64,000 nt of DNA from an uncultured Gammaproteobacteria bacterium (GCA_964503125.1 CAZCZE010000039.1:67203-131202), one strand, 5' to 3'. Numbered from the stretch's first letter, positions 50,344-58,028 are shown. Numbers and translations: made by a program. Notes: a model not told the origin generated them from the letters alone.

Positions 50344-50466
50344 GCCTAGCGTGCAGATCGAGGATGCTTGTCAACTAGAACGACACGAGCGGTAACCATA
50401 AGAGTGTTACCCATGTCTCCGGACTAAAGTGTCACCTATGTCCTCGACCGTTCACACCTCCGCCGA
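50344..50466 (-). repeat. Degenerate (fossil) attC-like site
   Basis: 123 bp. Arms GGTCGAGGACAT / ATCCTCGATC, central hairpin GGTAAC-N9-GTTACC. Distal end CTGCAC-GCTAGGC is the family end CTGCAC-GTTAGGC with GTT changed to GCT. The proximal heptamer is off-consensus. Confidence 0.45.
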
Positions 50467-50784
50467 CTACAGGGCCGCACAGCGTTGCGGTAACGAAGCT
50501 GGCCTAGGTGGAGCTAAGGAATCATCCAGGAGTAACGGTTCGACGCACAAATCGCCGTTGTCTTGGACGACGGCCATGTACCTCTGCGCGTTGGCACAGG
50601 TAACGCGCCAGCTCTTGCGCGAAGCATCAAGTGCCTCGGCACCGATGGCACCCTCGCAGGGAAACCCGACATCTCTGACTACGCGACCAATGGCTTTGTC
50701 CGATGGCCCTACCTGAGCCGAGCAGGCCGCGAGAAGCAGCGTGCCGAGAAGCAGAGCTGACTCCAGACGCGTGATACAGCGCAT
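50467..50784 (-). CDS. Cassette ORF: small lipoprotein (105 aa)
   Basis: Strong RBS AAGGAGGAG. Lipobox LLAACS. No family recognised. Confidence 0.6.
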   Translation of the reverse strand: MRCITRLESALLLGTLLLAACSAQVGPSDKAIGRVVRDVGFPCEGAIGAEALDASRKSWRVTCANAQRYMAVVQDNGDLCVEPLLLDDSLAPPRPASLPQRCAAL

Positions 50785-50881
50785 GACTCCTCCTTACCAA
50801 CCGAACACAGTGCAGTATGACGAGACACAACTCGCGCGAAAAGGTTAGGCGCCCGGGGCGGGCTCCAGCCGCCGATTGGGC

Positions 50882-51007
50882 GTATAACGTGCAGTTCAGC
50901 GGCCGCGCGCCGACGTCTCATGCGCGCCGCAGGCGCACAATGGCAACGCCGCGCCTGCGGCACGCACGCGAGGTGGTATCACGGTCCGCTGCAACCGCGT
51001 GTTATGC
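50882..51007 (-). repeat. attC-like recombination site (126 bp, family 1)
   Basis: Minus-strand reading GCATAAC...GTTATAC. Long imperfect palindrome, homologous to the sites at 52112 and 52890. Starts 15 nt after the stop of the upstream ORF. Confidence 0.75.
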
Positions 51008-51022
51008 GGCACCTGCGTCGCT

Positions 51023-51319
51023 TTAGCCGTTTGGGCTATGACCACAATTCCAGCAGGATTCGAATTCGCCAGGGTTATCCTCTCGGCACGAGTGACATCG
51101 CCACGACGAGTTCTCGGGGATAGCTTCCTTACGTGCTTTTAGGAAACGACGAATCAATCCGTCTCTGCGCTTGAATAGCTCAAGCCAGAAGGCGAGCTCG
51201 AAGATTACGCCGGCGGCGACAAACAACCCAAGACCAACCATGAATCCAACGCCGTAGCTGACGGCGGCAGCAGCAACTAAGGCCAGAAGAATCCAGTAGC
51301 GGTTTTCGACGATGGCCAT
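51023..51319 (-). CDS. Cassette ORF: two-TM membrane protein with C-terminal CxxC..CxxC zinc ribbon (98 aa)
   Basis: ORF 51023..51370 (TTG) trimmed to ATG 51319 with RBS GGAGGG. WRCHSCREDNPGEFESCWNCGH. Confidence 0.6.
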   Translation of the reverse strand: MAIVENRYWILLALVAAAAVSYGVGFMVGLGLFVAAGVIFELAFWLELFKRRDGLIRRFLKARKEAIPENSSWRCHSCREDNPGEFESCWNCGHSPNG

Positions 51320-51446
51320 GACTGTTCCCTCCGCACTGTGTGTTAGCGTCCGCCAGAAGAGCCAAGACAACAGAGGCGGCCAGCTCGGGTGTCACGCTAG
51401 CACAGGCGCGGCGCTTCGCAATCAATGCGCAGCGCTCCACTCTGCC

Positions 51447-51551
51447 GCATAACGCCTGGGATGAGCCGCAGGCAAAAGCGGTGCGCCCTTTGCTCTTCTT
51501 CTTGCAAAGGGCGTGACACTTTTGACTGTCAGGTCCATCCCATTGTTAGGC
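51447..51551 (-). repeat. attC-like recombination site (105 bp, different sequence family)
   Basis: Minus-strand reading GCCTAAC...GTTATGC. Arms TGGGATG/CATCCCA, central hairpin GCCCTTTGC-N12-GCAAAGGGC. 30 nt after the upstream ORF stop. Confidence 0.65.
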
Positions 51552-51581
51552 GGTACCGCTGATCCACCTCCGAAACGATGG

Positions 51582-51986
51582 TCAGGATTTGGGTCCCTCA
51601 TGATCCGTATTAAAGATCACTCGAGCGAACCTCCATTCGCCATCCGCGTTGCGGCGAAAAACGTCGATGAACTTTCCTACCAACTCCAGACGTTCGCCTC
51701 CACCTTTAGGCGTTAGTACCTCTCGAAACGGCCCAGATCCATACGCCCAAGATTCCCCAATTTCGAGTTCATCGAAGGAAAACTTCAAATCTACGTCATA
51801 GGGATCAAAAAAGTTCTGCACGGCCCAAGTGCGGACTGCATCGCTGCCAGCAGCTGATTTTTGTTCTGGCGGCATGAACTTGATGTCGTCCGTCAACGTT
51901 GCCATCCATCCGGGAACGTCCCCCTCGTTAACTGCTCGCATAAACGACTCACTCAGACTTCTGATTTTTGCTGCATCGCTTGACAT
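51582..51986 (-). CDS. Cassette ORF: NTF2/SnoaL-like (DUF4440-like) protein (134 aa)
   Basis: ORF 51582..52028 (GTG) trimmed to ATG 51986 with RBS GGGAGA. IRSLSESFMRAVNEGDVPGWMATLTDDIKFMPP..GEWRFARVIFN. Confidence 0.65.
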   Translation of the reverse strand: MSSDAAKIRSLSESFMRAVNEGDVPGWMATLTDDIKFMPPEQKSAAGSDAVRTWAVQNFFDPYDVDLKFSFDELEIGESWAYGSGPFREVLTPKGGGERLELVGKFIDVFRRNADGEWRFARVIFNTDHEGPKS

Positions 51987-52111
51987 GGCTTGCGTCTCCC
52001 ACTGTTGTTGTGCTTCTGAATTCACCACGTCCTTGTGCCGTCACTAATTATAGGAGATGGATGTGACAGGGCCCCATCTCCCCCTCCGGTTCCAGAATTG
52101 CTCTCCGTGCC

Positions 52112-52237
52112 GCCTAACGTGCAGTTCAGCGGCCGCACGACAACGTGTCATGCGCGCCGTAGGCGCACAATGGCAACGTCGCGTCTGCGGCGCGCACACG
52201 ACGCCGTATCACGGTCCGCTGCAACTGCTGGTTAGAC
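52112..52237 (-). repeat. attC-like recombination site (126 bp, family 1)
   Basis: Minus-strand reading GTCTAAC...GTTAGGC. Near-identical arms to the 50882 site. Overlaps the stop of the upstream ORF by 6 nt. Confidence 0.75.
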
Positions 52238-52858
52238 GGCACGTGCGACGCCACCTACTGCTTGATGAATTGAGAGTGCGAGCAAACCAATTCCCCCTCC
52301 GGCCAGCATCCAATCAATAGTAACGCCGAGATAAAGCGCCCCAAAGACTCCATAGAACAGCGCCGCGGAGGCCAGAACCAGAGACCACACCCGCGAATGC
52401 AGACCGCTGAAGATGATGGTGACGCCGACCACCAGCGAAAGTGATGGGCACGGAATCAGCCCGAGCGGCGCCGCATACAAGTACGTTGAAGCAGGATCTT
52501 CCTCTAGAAAGTGCGGGTATGCCCAGCCGAAGGAGACCAGCAAGAGCCCGAGCAACAGCCAGGTCGGACGAGCCCATTCAACTGGCCTGCCGCTCAAGTT
52601 CCAAAGGAGTGCAACCAGCGCGACCGATAGCGCGCCGAATGCCGCGCCATTAAATGGATTTCCGTTGATCCATGCCAACACACTCACCGAAGCCAAGAGC
52701 GGAATCAGGAGCGCACCGACTAAGCGATTCTGCGGACGGAACCCCAATAGTGCGAAAACAACCAACAAACCGAAGTAGATGTGCCATAGAACCGCCAACA
52801 TCCTCCAGGAGTCGGCAATCTTCGTTAAGCCTTCCAGAATCTCGCCAGCGGTTGGCAT
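52232..52858 (-). CDS. Cassette ORF: polytopic membrane protein (208 aa)
   Basis: ATG start 31 nt after the preceding attC. About 6 hydrophobic helices. No family recognised. Confidence 0.6.
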   Translation of the reverse strand: MPTAGEILEGLTKIADSWRMLAVLWHIYFGLLVVFALLGFRPQNRLVGALLIPLLASVSVLAWINGNPFNGAAFGALSVALVALLWNLSGRPVEWARPTWLLLGLLLVSFGWAYPHFLEEDPASTYLYAAPLGLIPCPSLSLVVGVTIIFSGLHSRVWSLVLASAALFYGVFGALYLGVTIDWMLAGGGIGLLALSIHQAVGGVARAV

Positions 52859-52889
52859 TGGTGCGGGACTGAGGTGACGTTTCCGTGCC

Positions 52890-53014
52890 GTCTAACGTTC
52901 CGGTTCAGCAGCGGCGCGATGCCGTCTGATGCGCACCGCGAGCGCATAACGAAATGACGCGCTCGCGGTGCGCACGCGTTGCCCTATCACCGTCCGCTGC
53001 AACCGGTTGTTAGG
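52890..53014 (-). repeat. attC-like recombination site (125 bp, family 1, diverged)
   Basis: Minus-strand reading GCCTAAC...GTTAGAC. Arms CCGGTTGCAGCGG / CCGCTGCTGAACCGG. 18 nt after the upstream ORF stop. Confidence 0.75.
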
Positions 53015-53032
53015 CGTCACGCGGCACCCCCC

Positions 53033-53431
53033 TTAGAGGAACCCAGGGGCCGGACGGTTCTTGCGATAAGAATCCTTTAGGGCGATCTTGCCGCTTCGAA
53101 ACGTGAATAGATCACAACCGTGGACTTCGACGCGAGCGCCGTCGGCGCGTGTTCCAGTGAACGTCCACTCCGACACTCCACGGTCGCCTCGGACAAAATG
53201 CCGGGCGTTACCCCAGTGGGCATCGGGGAAGGTTGCCCATACCTCCGCGAAGCCGGCTCGCACAGCCTCACGACCTGCATAACGGGTACCGCAAACGTCA
53301 GGGCCTGCGGAGGCCTCGAAGACACAGTCCTCGGTGAGGAACGACATGAGTGCATCGACATCGTGGCGATTCCACGCATCGGCGAACGCTTGTAGAACCT
53401 CAGTGGTGACCTCCGCCATCATGTTCGGCAT
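53033..53431 (-). CDS. Cassette ORF: SnoaL-like / NTF2-family protein (132 aa)
   Basis: RBS AAGGAGA. LQAFADAWNRHDVDALMSFLTEDCVFEAS..GCDLFTFRSGKIALKDSYRK is the classic SnoaL-like polyketide-cyclase-fold pattern. Confidence 0.7.
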   Translation of the reverse strand: MPNMMAEVTTEVLQAFADAWNRHDVDALMSFLTEDCVFEASAGPDVCGTRYAGREAVRAGFAEVWATFPDAHWGNARHFVRGDRGVSEWTFTGTRADGARVEVHGCDLFTFRSGKIALKDSYRKNRPAPGFL

Positions 53432-53473
53432 GAACCGATGTCTCCTTCACTCTGTGCACTGATGCGCATTGGC

Positions 53474-53598
53474 CGTGACGCCTAACAATAATTGGGCGGC
53501 GCGATGTCGCAGTTAAAATGCGACAAGGCGCCGCATAACGTGATGGAGTCGGCCATAAACATTTGTTTCTACTAGAGCACTGTGCGTGTTAGGCGTCA
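53474..53598 (-). repeat. Composite / degenerate attC-like element at the nth-proximal end of the array
   Basis: Three core-like heptamers: GCCTAAC 53480-53486, GCATAAC 53533-53539, GTTAGGC 53588-53594. Shares the 12-bp ends GTGACGCCTAAC / GTTAGGCGTCA and a family-1 arm (CGCATAACGTGATGGAGTCGGCC). The partner arm is missing. Confidence 0.4.
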
Positions 53599-53682
53599 AT
53601 TGGCGGCCCGGAATTATGCGGCGGGGTTGGCGCTCAGCCGAGGCACGTGTCCGTCGGGACGCTTTGACCGCGTACGCGAGTC

Positions 53683-54318
53683 CTAGGCGCGAGTCTTGTC
53701 CTTGTACTCGCAGAGCTTGGCGATCAAGCACTGCGGGCAATTCGGCTTGCGCGCCTTGCAGACGTAGCGGCCGTGCAGGATCAGCCAATGATGAGCGTGC
53801 CGCTTGAACTCGTCCGGCGTGACGCGCACGAGCTCGTCCTCGACGGCGCGCACGTTCGCGCCGGGTGCCAAACCGATGCGATTCGCCACGCGGAAGATGT
53901 GCGTGTCGACCGCGATCGTCGGCTCCCCGAACGCCGTGTTCAAGATCACGTTGGCCGTCTTGCGGCCGACGCCGGGTAGCGCTTCGAGCGCCTCGCGGTT
54001 GCGCGGCACTTCGCCGCCGTGCTCGGCGACGAGCGCGGCACACGTCTTGATGATGTTCTTCGCCTTGCTGTTGAAGAGCCCGATCGTCTTGATGTAGCCC
54101 TTGAGTCCCTCTTCGCCGAGCGCCAGGATCGCGGCGGGCGTGTTGGCCACGGGGAACAGCTTGGCGGTCGCCTTGTTGACGCTGACGTCAGTCGCCTGGG
54201 CGGACAGCACCACGGCCACGAGCAGCTCGAACGGCGACGAGTAGCCGAGCTCGGTGGCCGGCGCGGGGTCGGCCGCCGCGAATCGTTCGTAGATCTTGCG
54301 GCGCTTGGCCGCGTTCAC
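53683..54318 (-). CDS. nth: Endonuclease III
   Basis: ORF 53683..54972 trimmed to in-frame GTG 54318 (GTGA overlap with the rnfE stop). HhH-GPD LPGVGRKTANVIL. Fe-S cluster CKARKPNCPQCLIAKLC. Confidence 0.9.
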   Translation of the reverse strand: MNAAKRRKIYERFAAADPAPATELGYSSPFELLVAVVLSAQATDVSVNKATAKLFPVANTPAAILALGEEGLKGYIKTIGLFNSKAKNIIKTCAALVAEHGGEVPRNREALEALPGVGRKTANVILNTAFGEPTIAVDTHIFRVANRIGLAPGANVRAVEDELVRVTPDEFKRHAHHWLILHGRYVCKARKPNCPQCLIAKLCEYKDKTRA

Positions 54319-54992
54319 TGCGCCTGATCCACGGGCGCGGGCGCCGAAGCCGCCCGCGCGCGGGTCGCCGCGAGCCGGTTGCGTAGCGCGAGCAGCACGG
54401 CCACGCCGAAGAACGCCCCCGGCGGCAGGATCGCCACGAGCATGCCGTCGAACGGCAGGTCGAGCGTGATCCCCGCGCTGCTCGCGCCGCCGAGCATCTC
54501 GATGTCGCCGAACAACGTGCCGTGGCCGAAGATCTCGCGCAGCGCGCCGAGCGCCATGAGCGCGAACAGGAAGCCGAGCCCCGTGGCCAACGCCGAGACG
54601 AACGTGAACGGAACCCCGCGGCGACTGGCGACGTCCGCGGCGTGCGCGAGCAACCCGCTGTTGACGACGATGAGGGGCACGAACAGGCCGAGTACCTCGT
54701 GCAGGTCGTAGAGCAGCGCTTCGGAGAGCAGATCGATGCACGTGACGAGGCCGGCGAGGATCAGTAAACACAGCGGAACGCGCACCATCGGCACGAGCCA
54801 GCGGCGCAGCAACGACATCGTCGTGCTCGAGACGACGATCACGGCCAGGGTCGCCAAGCCGAGTGCGAGGCCGTGAACGAGCGATGTCGTCACTGCGAGT
54901 AGCGGGCAAAGGCCGAGCAACTGCCCGAGCGCGACGTTGTTGCGCCACACGGGCGCAACGGCTTCGGACCAAGCGCTGGTCGGCGAGTTCAT
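54315..54992 (-). CDS. rnfE: Rnf/Rsx electron-transport complex subunit E
   Basis: WRNNVALGQLLGLCPLLAVTTSLVHGL..FVPLIVVNSGLL. 225 aa. Operon position. Confidence 0.9.
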   Translation of the reverse strand: MNSPTSAWSEAVAPVWRNNVALGQLLGLCPLLAVTTSLVHGLALGLATLAVIVVSSTTMSLLRRWLVPMVRVPLCLLILAGLVTCIDLLSEALLYDLHEVLGLFVPLIVVNSGLLAHAADVASRRGVPFTFVSALATGLGFLFALMALGALREIFGHGTLFGDIEMLGGASSAGITLDLPFDGMLVAILPPGAFFGVAVLLALRNRLAATRARAASAPAPVDQAQ

Positions 54993-55645
54993 GGCTCGTT
55001 CGTCTCGGCGGCCGCCGCGGCCGCCGCGCTCGCGTAAAGCTCGTCGCGGTGTTGCTCGAAGAATAGCAACGTGTTTTTCACGGCGCCGACCACGGTCCGC
55101 GAGGTGACGGTCGCGCCCGTGATCGAATCGAACTCCCCTTCGTCGTGCTCGACGGCCCAGAGTATCGGTGTCGGCGCCGCAATCGACTTGCCGTCGAATT
55201 GCAGTATCCAGTCGCTCTTGGCGGCATCGATGGCGTCGCCCAAGCCCGTCGTTTCGCGATGGCTCACGGCGCGCACGCCCGTGACGACACCGGCCGGCGA
55301 GATCCCCACGAGCAAGCCGATCGCCGCGTTGTAGCCGTGCGGCGCGACCGTCGCGAACACGGCCGCCATCGGCGTGCCGTTCTCGGTCAGCACGAAGACG
55401 TCGATGGGCTCGTCGCTGCCCAAGAGCTCCGCGTCGGTGACGGCGATGCGCGTCGTCGTGAGGGGCCGGTTGCGCAGGCTGGGATCGAGCACGCTGTTGA
55501 GCCGCGCCACGACGCGCGCCCGCTCGTTGGCCTCGATGCGCTCGTGACTCCAGTCGTACGCCGCGTTCACCGCGTAGGCCGCCGCCGCCGCAATGACGGC
55601 GATGGCCACGACGGTGACCGCCGCGTTGCCGTCAGGTTTGGCCAT
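54989..55645 (-). CDS. rnfG: Rnf/Rsx electron-transport complex subunit G (FMN-binding)
   Basis: 218 aa with one N-terminal TM helix. FMN attachment region SHRETTGLGD..FDSITGATVTS. Confidence 0.85.
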   Translation of the reverse strand: MAKPDGNAAVTVVAIAVIAAAAAYAVNAAYDWSHERIEANERARVVARLNSVLDPSLRNRPLTTTRIAVTDAELLGSDEPIDVFVLTENGTPMAAVFATVAPHGYNAAIGLLVGISPAGVVTGVRAVSHRETTGLGDAIDAAKSDWILQFDGKSIAAPTPILWAVEHDEGEFDSITGATVTSRTVVGAVKNTLLFFEQHRDELYASAAAAAAAETNEP

Positions 55646-56666
55646 AGATGCGCGGCCGCGTGTAGCGGTTGATGAGCGGCACGGCCGCGTTCATGAGCAG
55701 TACCGAGAACGCGACGCCGTCGGGGTAGGTGCCCCAGGTGCGCAGCGTGTAGACGAGCAGCCCGATGCCGCTGCCGTAGATGAGCCGGCCGAGCACCGTG
55801 CCGGCCGCCGAGACGGGCTCGGTCGCGATGAAGAACGCGCCGAGCATGCTGGCGCCGCTGAAGAGATGAAACCCCGGCGAGGGCGCGCCGCCGGAGTCGA
55901 GGAGATAGGCGATCGTGGCCGGCACGAGCAGGCCGAGGAGAAATGTCGTGGGGATGTGCCAGCGAATCGTGCCCGTGTAGAGCAAATAGAGGCCGCCGAG
56001 CGCGATGAGGTTCGCGACCCATTCCCAGCCGCGGCCGCCGAAGTCGCCGAACAACGAGCCGTTGCGAATCGCGTCGAACGGCCGCTCCGCGCGCCGCCCC
56101 TCCTTGACGAGGTCGAGCGGTGTGGCGCGCGTCAGTGCGTCGACGTCGATCTCCTGCGGCAGCCGTCCCGTGAATACGTAGTCGATGTGCTCGCCGAGCG
56201 ACAGCTGCTGATAGTCGATGTCGCCCATGCGCGGCGGCAGCCACTGCGTCATCTCGACGGGGAACGACAGCAGCAGGAACACGTAGCCGACCATCGCCGG
56301 GTTGAACAGGTTCTTGCCGAGGCCGCCGTAGAGCTGCTTCGCGAGCGTGATGGCGATGGCGCCGCCGAGCAGCGGTATCCAGAAAGGCACGAACGGCGGC
56401 AAAGCGAACGACAACAGGGCCGCCGTCACGAGCGCGCTGCAATCGCGCATGGCGTGGCGCGTGCTCAGGCCGCGCATGCGCAGCACGAGCGCTTCCGTGA
56501 GCAGGGCCGCGAGCGCCACGAGCGCGAAGTTCACGAGCAATCCCGCGCCGAAGTACCACGTGTGGCAGAGCGCCGCCGGCACGAGCGCGAATAGCACGCG
56601 CCGCATGATGACGGGGACGCTCACGAGCGGCTTGGTGTGCGGGGCCGTGGGCTGCTCGAAGCGCAT
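55632..56666 (-). CDS. rnfD: Rnf/Rsx electron-transport complex subunit D
   Basis: 344-aa polytopic protein. GGLGKNLFNPAMVGYVFLL and FFIATEPVS motifs typical of RnfD/NqrB. Confidence 0.9.
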   Translation of the reverse strand: MRFEQPTAPHTKPLVSVPVIMRRVLFALVPAALCHTWYFGAGLLVNFALVALAALLTEALVLRMRGLSTRHAMRDCSALVTAALLSFALPPFVPFWIPLLGGAIAITLAKQLYGGLGKNLFNPAMVGYVFLLLSFPVEMTQWLPPRMGDIDYQQLSLGEHIDYVFTGRLPQEIDVDALTRATPLDLVKEGRRAERPFDAIRNGSLFGDFGGRGWEWVANLIALGGLYLLYTGTIRWHIPTTFLLGLLVPATIAYLLDSGGAPSPGFHLFSGASMLGAFFIATEPVSAAGTVLGRLIYGSGIGLLVYTLRTWGTYPDGVAFSVLLMNAAVPLINRYTRPRIYGQT

Positions 56667-58028
56667 CTACTTGGGCTCCCGCGCGACGCGGCGGCGCTCG
56701 CCGCCCGCGAGCGCGCGCTTGGCGACCCTAAACCGTTGCGTCAGCGTGATCTGGGAGGGGCAGATCACGTCGCAGCAGCCGCACTCGATGCAGTCTTGCA
56801 AGCCGAGCGTCACGAGACCCTCGAAGTCCGCCGTGTTGGCGGCGACCAAGAGATCCTGCGGCAGCAGGCGCGACGGGCACACCACCGCGCACTCGCCGCA
56901 GCGGATGCACGGCCATTCGTGAGTCTCGGTGCGGACCTCGCTCGCCGTGGCCGCGATGACGCAGTTGATCGCCTTCGTCACGGGCACGTTGTCGTCCGGC
57001 AGCGCGTAGCCCATCATGCTGCCGCCCGCGATGAGGCGCACGACGCCGTCGTTATAGCCGCCGCAGAGCGCGATGAGCTCGGCGATCGGCGTGCCGATCG
57101 GCGCCTCGACGTTCTGCGGCGTGTGTACGCCGCCGCCCGTGACCGTCACGACGCGTGCGAGCAGCGGCTCCTGCGCCGCGCGCAAGCGGTGCACCGCGAA
57201 TGCCGTACCCACGTTTTGGCAGACATAGCCGAACTCGCTGGGATACCGGCCGCTCGGCACTTCCTCGCCCGTCAGGAGCTCGACGAGCTGTTTCTCGCCG
57301 CCGGCCGGGTAGATCGTAGGCACCTCGGCGAGCTTGAGCCGCGGGTCCTCGACCTGCTGCGCGGCGGCCTCGATGGCCTCCATGGCCTGCGGCTTGTCGC
57401 GCTCGATGGCGATGATGCAGCGCGGTGCGGCGAGCACGTCGGTCAGCAGCAGCGCGCCCGCGACGATCTCGGCTGCGTTCTCGCGCATGAGCATGTCGTC
57501 GCAGCTGATGTAGGGCTCGCACTCGGCGCCGTTGACGATGAGCGTCTTACAGGGCACGGGTGTCGCGAGCTTGTCGGCCGTGGGGTAGACGGCGCCGCCG
57601 AGTCCGACGATGCCGGCGGCGCGGATGGCTTCGCGCTGTGCGGCCGCGTCGTCGGGCCAACGCGGCGCATCCTGCGCGGCAATGCCTTCGTCGCGGCCGT
57701 CGGTGTCGATGACGATGCACGGCGAGCTTTGCACGCCGTTGCCGCCGAGCACGGCACGCTCCTCGATGGCACGCACTAATCCTGAGCTCGAAGCGTGCAG
57801 GGCGGCCGACGGCGCGGCCGCGGCGGCACGAGCCACGAGTTGGCCCTTGCGAACGCGGTCGCCGACTGCGACGACCGGTTCAGCGGGGTGGCCGCGATGT
57901 TGCCGCAGGGCCAGCACGAGCTTCGTCGGCACGAAGCCACGGCGAATGGGCGTCGCGGTCGAAGCGGCTTTGTTTGCGGGCAGCAGAATGCCGCCGCTTA
58001 AGTGCTGCTCGAAAACGTAGTCGACCAT
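56667..58028 (-). CDS. rnfC: Rnf/Rsx electron-transport complex subunit C
   Basis: 453 aa. GLGGAVYPT nucleotide-binding region. Two 4Fe-4S motifs CIRCGECAVVCP and CIECGCCDVICP. Confidence 0.9.
   Translation of the reverse strand: MVDYVFEQHLSGGILLPANKAASTATPIRRGFVPTKLVLALRQHRGHPAEPVVAVGDRVRKGQLVARAAAAAPSAALHASSSGLVRAIEERAVLGGNGVQSSPCIVIDTDGRDEGIAAQDAPRWPDDAAAQREAIRAAGIVGLGGAVYPTADKLATPVPCKTLIVNGAECEPYISCDDMLMRENAAEIVAGALLLTDVLAAPRCIIAIERDKPQAMEAIEAAAQQVEDPRLKLAEVPTIYPAGGEKQLVELLTGEEVPSGRYPSEFGYVCQNVGTAFAVHRLRAAQEPLLARVVTVTGGGVHTPQNVEAPIGTPIAELIALCGGYNDGVVRLIAGGSMMGYALPDDNVPVTKAINCVIAATASEVRTETHEWPCIRCGECAVVCPSRLLPQDLLVAANTADFEGLVTLGLQDCIECGCCDVICPSQITLTQRFRVAKRALAGGERRRVAREPK

Larger units (their letters stand above)
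50344..53598 (-). mobile_element. Integron-type gene-cassette array without integrase (CALIN-like), 5 attC-bounded cassettes
   Basis: Regular ORF-attC alternation. Cassette lengths 590/778/665/565/538 bp. RYYYAAC..GTTRRRY cores. Lower GC. No intI or attI in the window. Confidence 0.7.

Noticed and set aside
50817-51026. Plus-strand ORFs 50817..51026 and 52035..52235 sharing the peptide NVQFSGR..HARRRRTMA..SRSAATA, which could suggest a duplicated small gene.
   Set aside because: The similarity is confined exactly to the homologous attC palindromes. The ORFs lack RBSs and run antisense to the cassette polarity.
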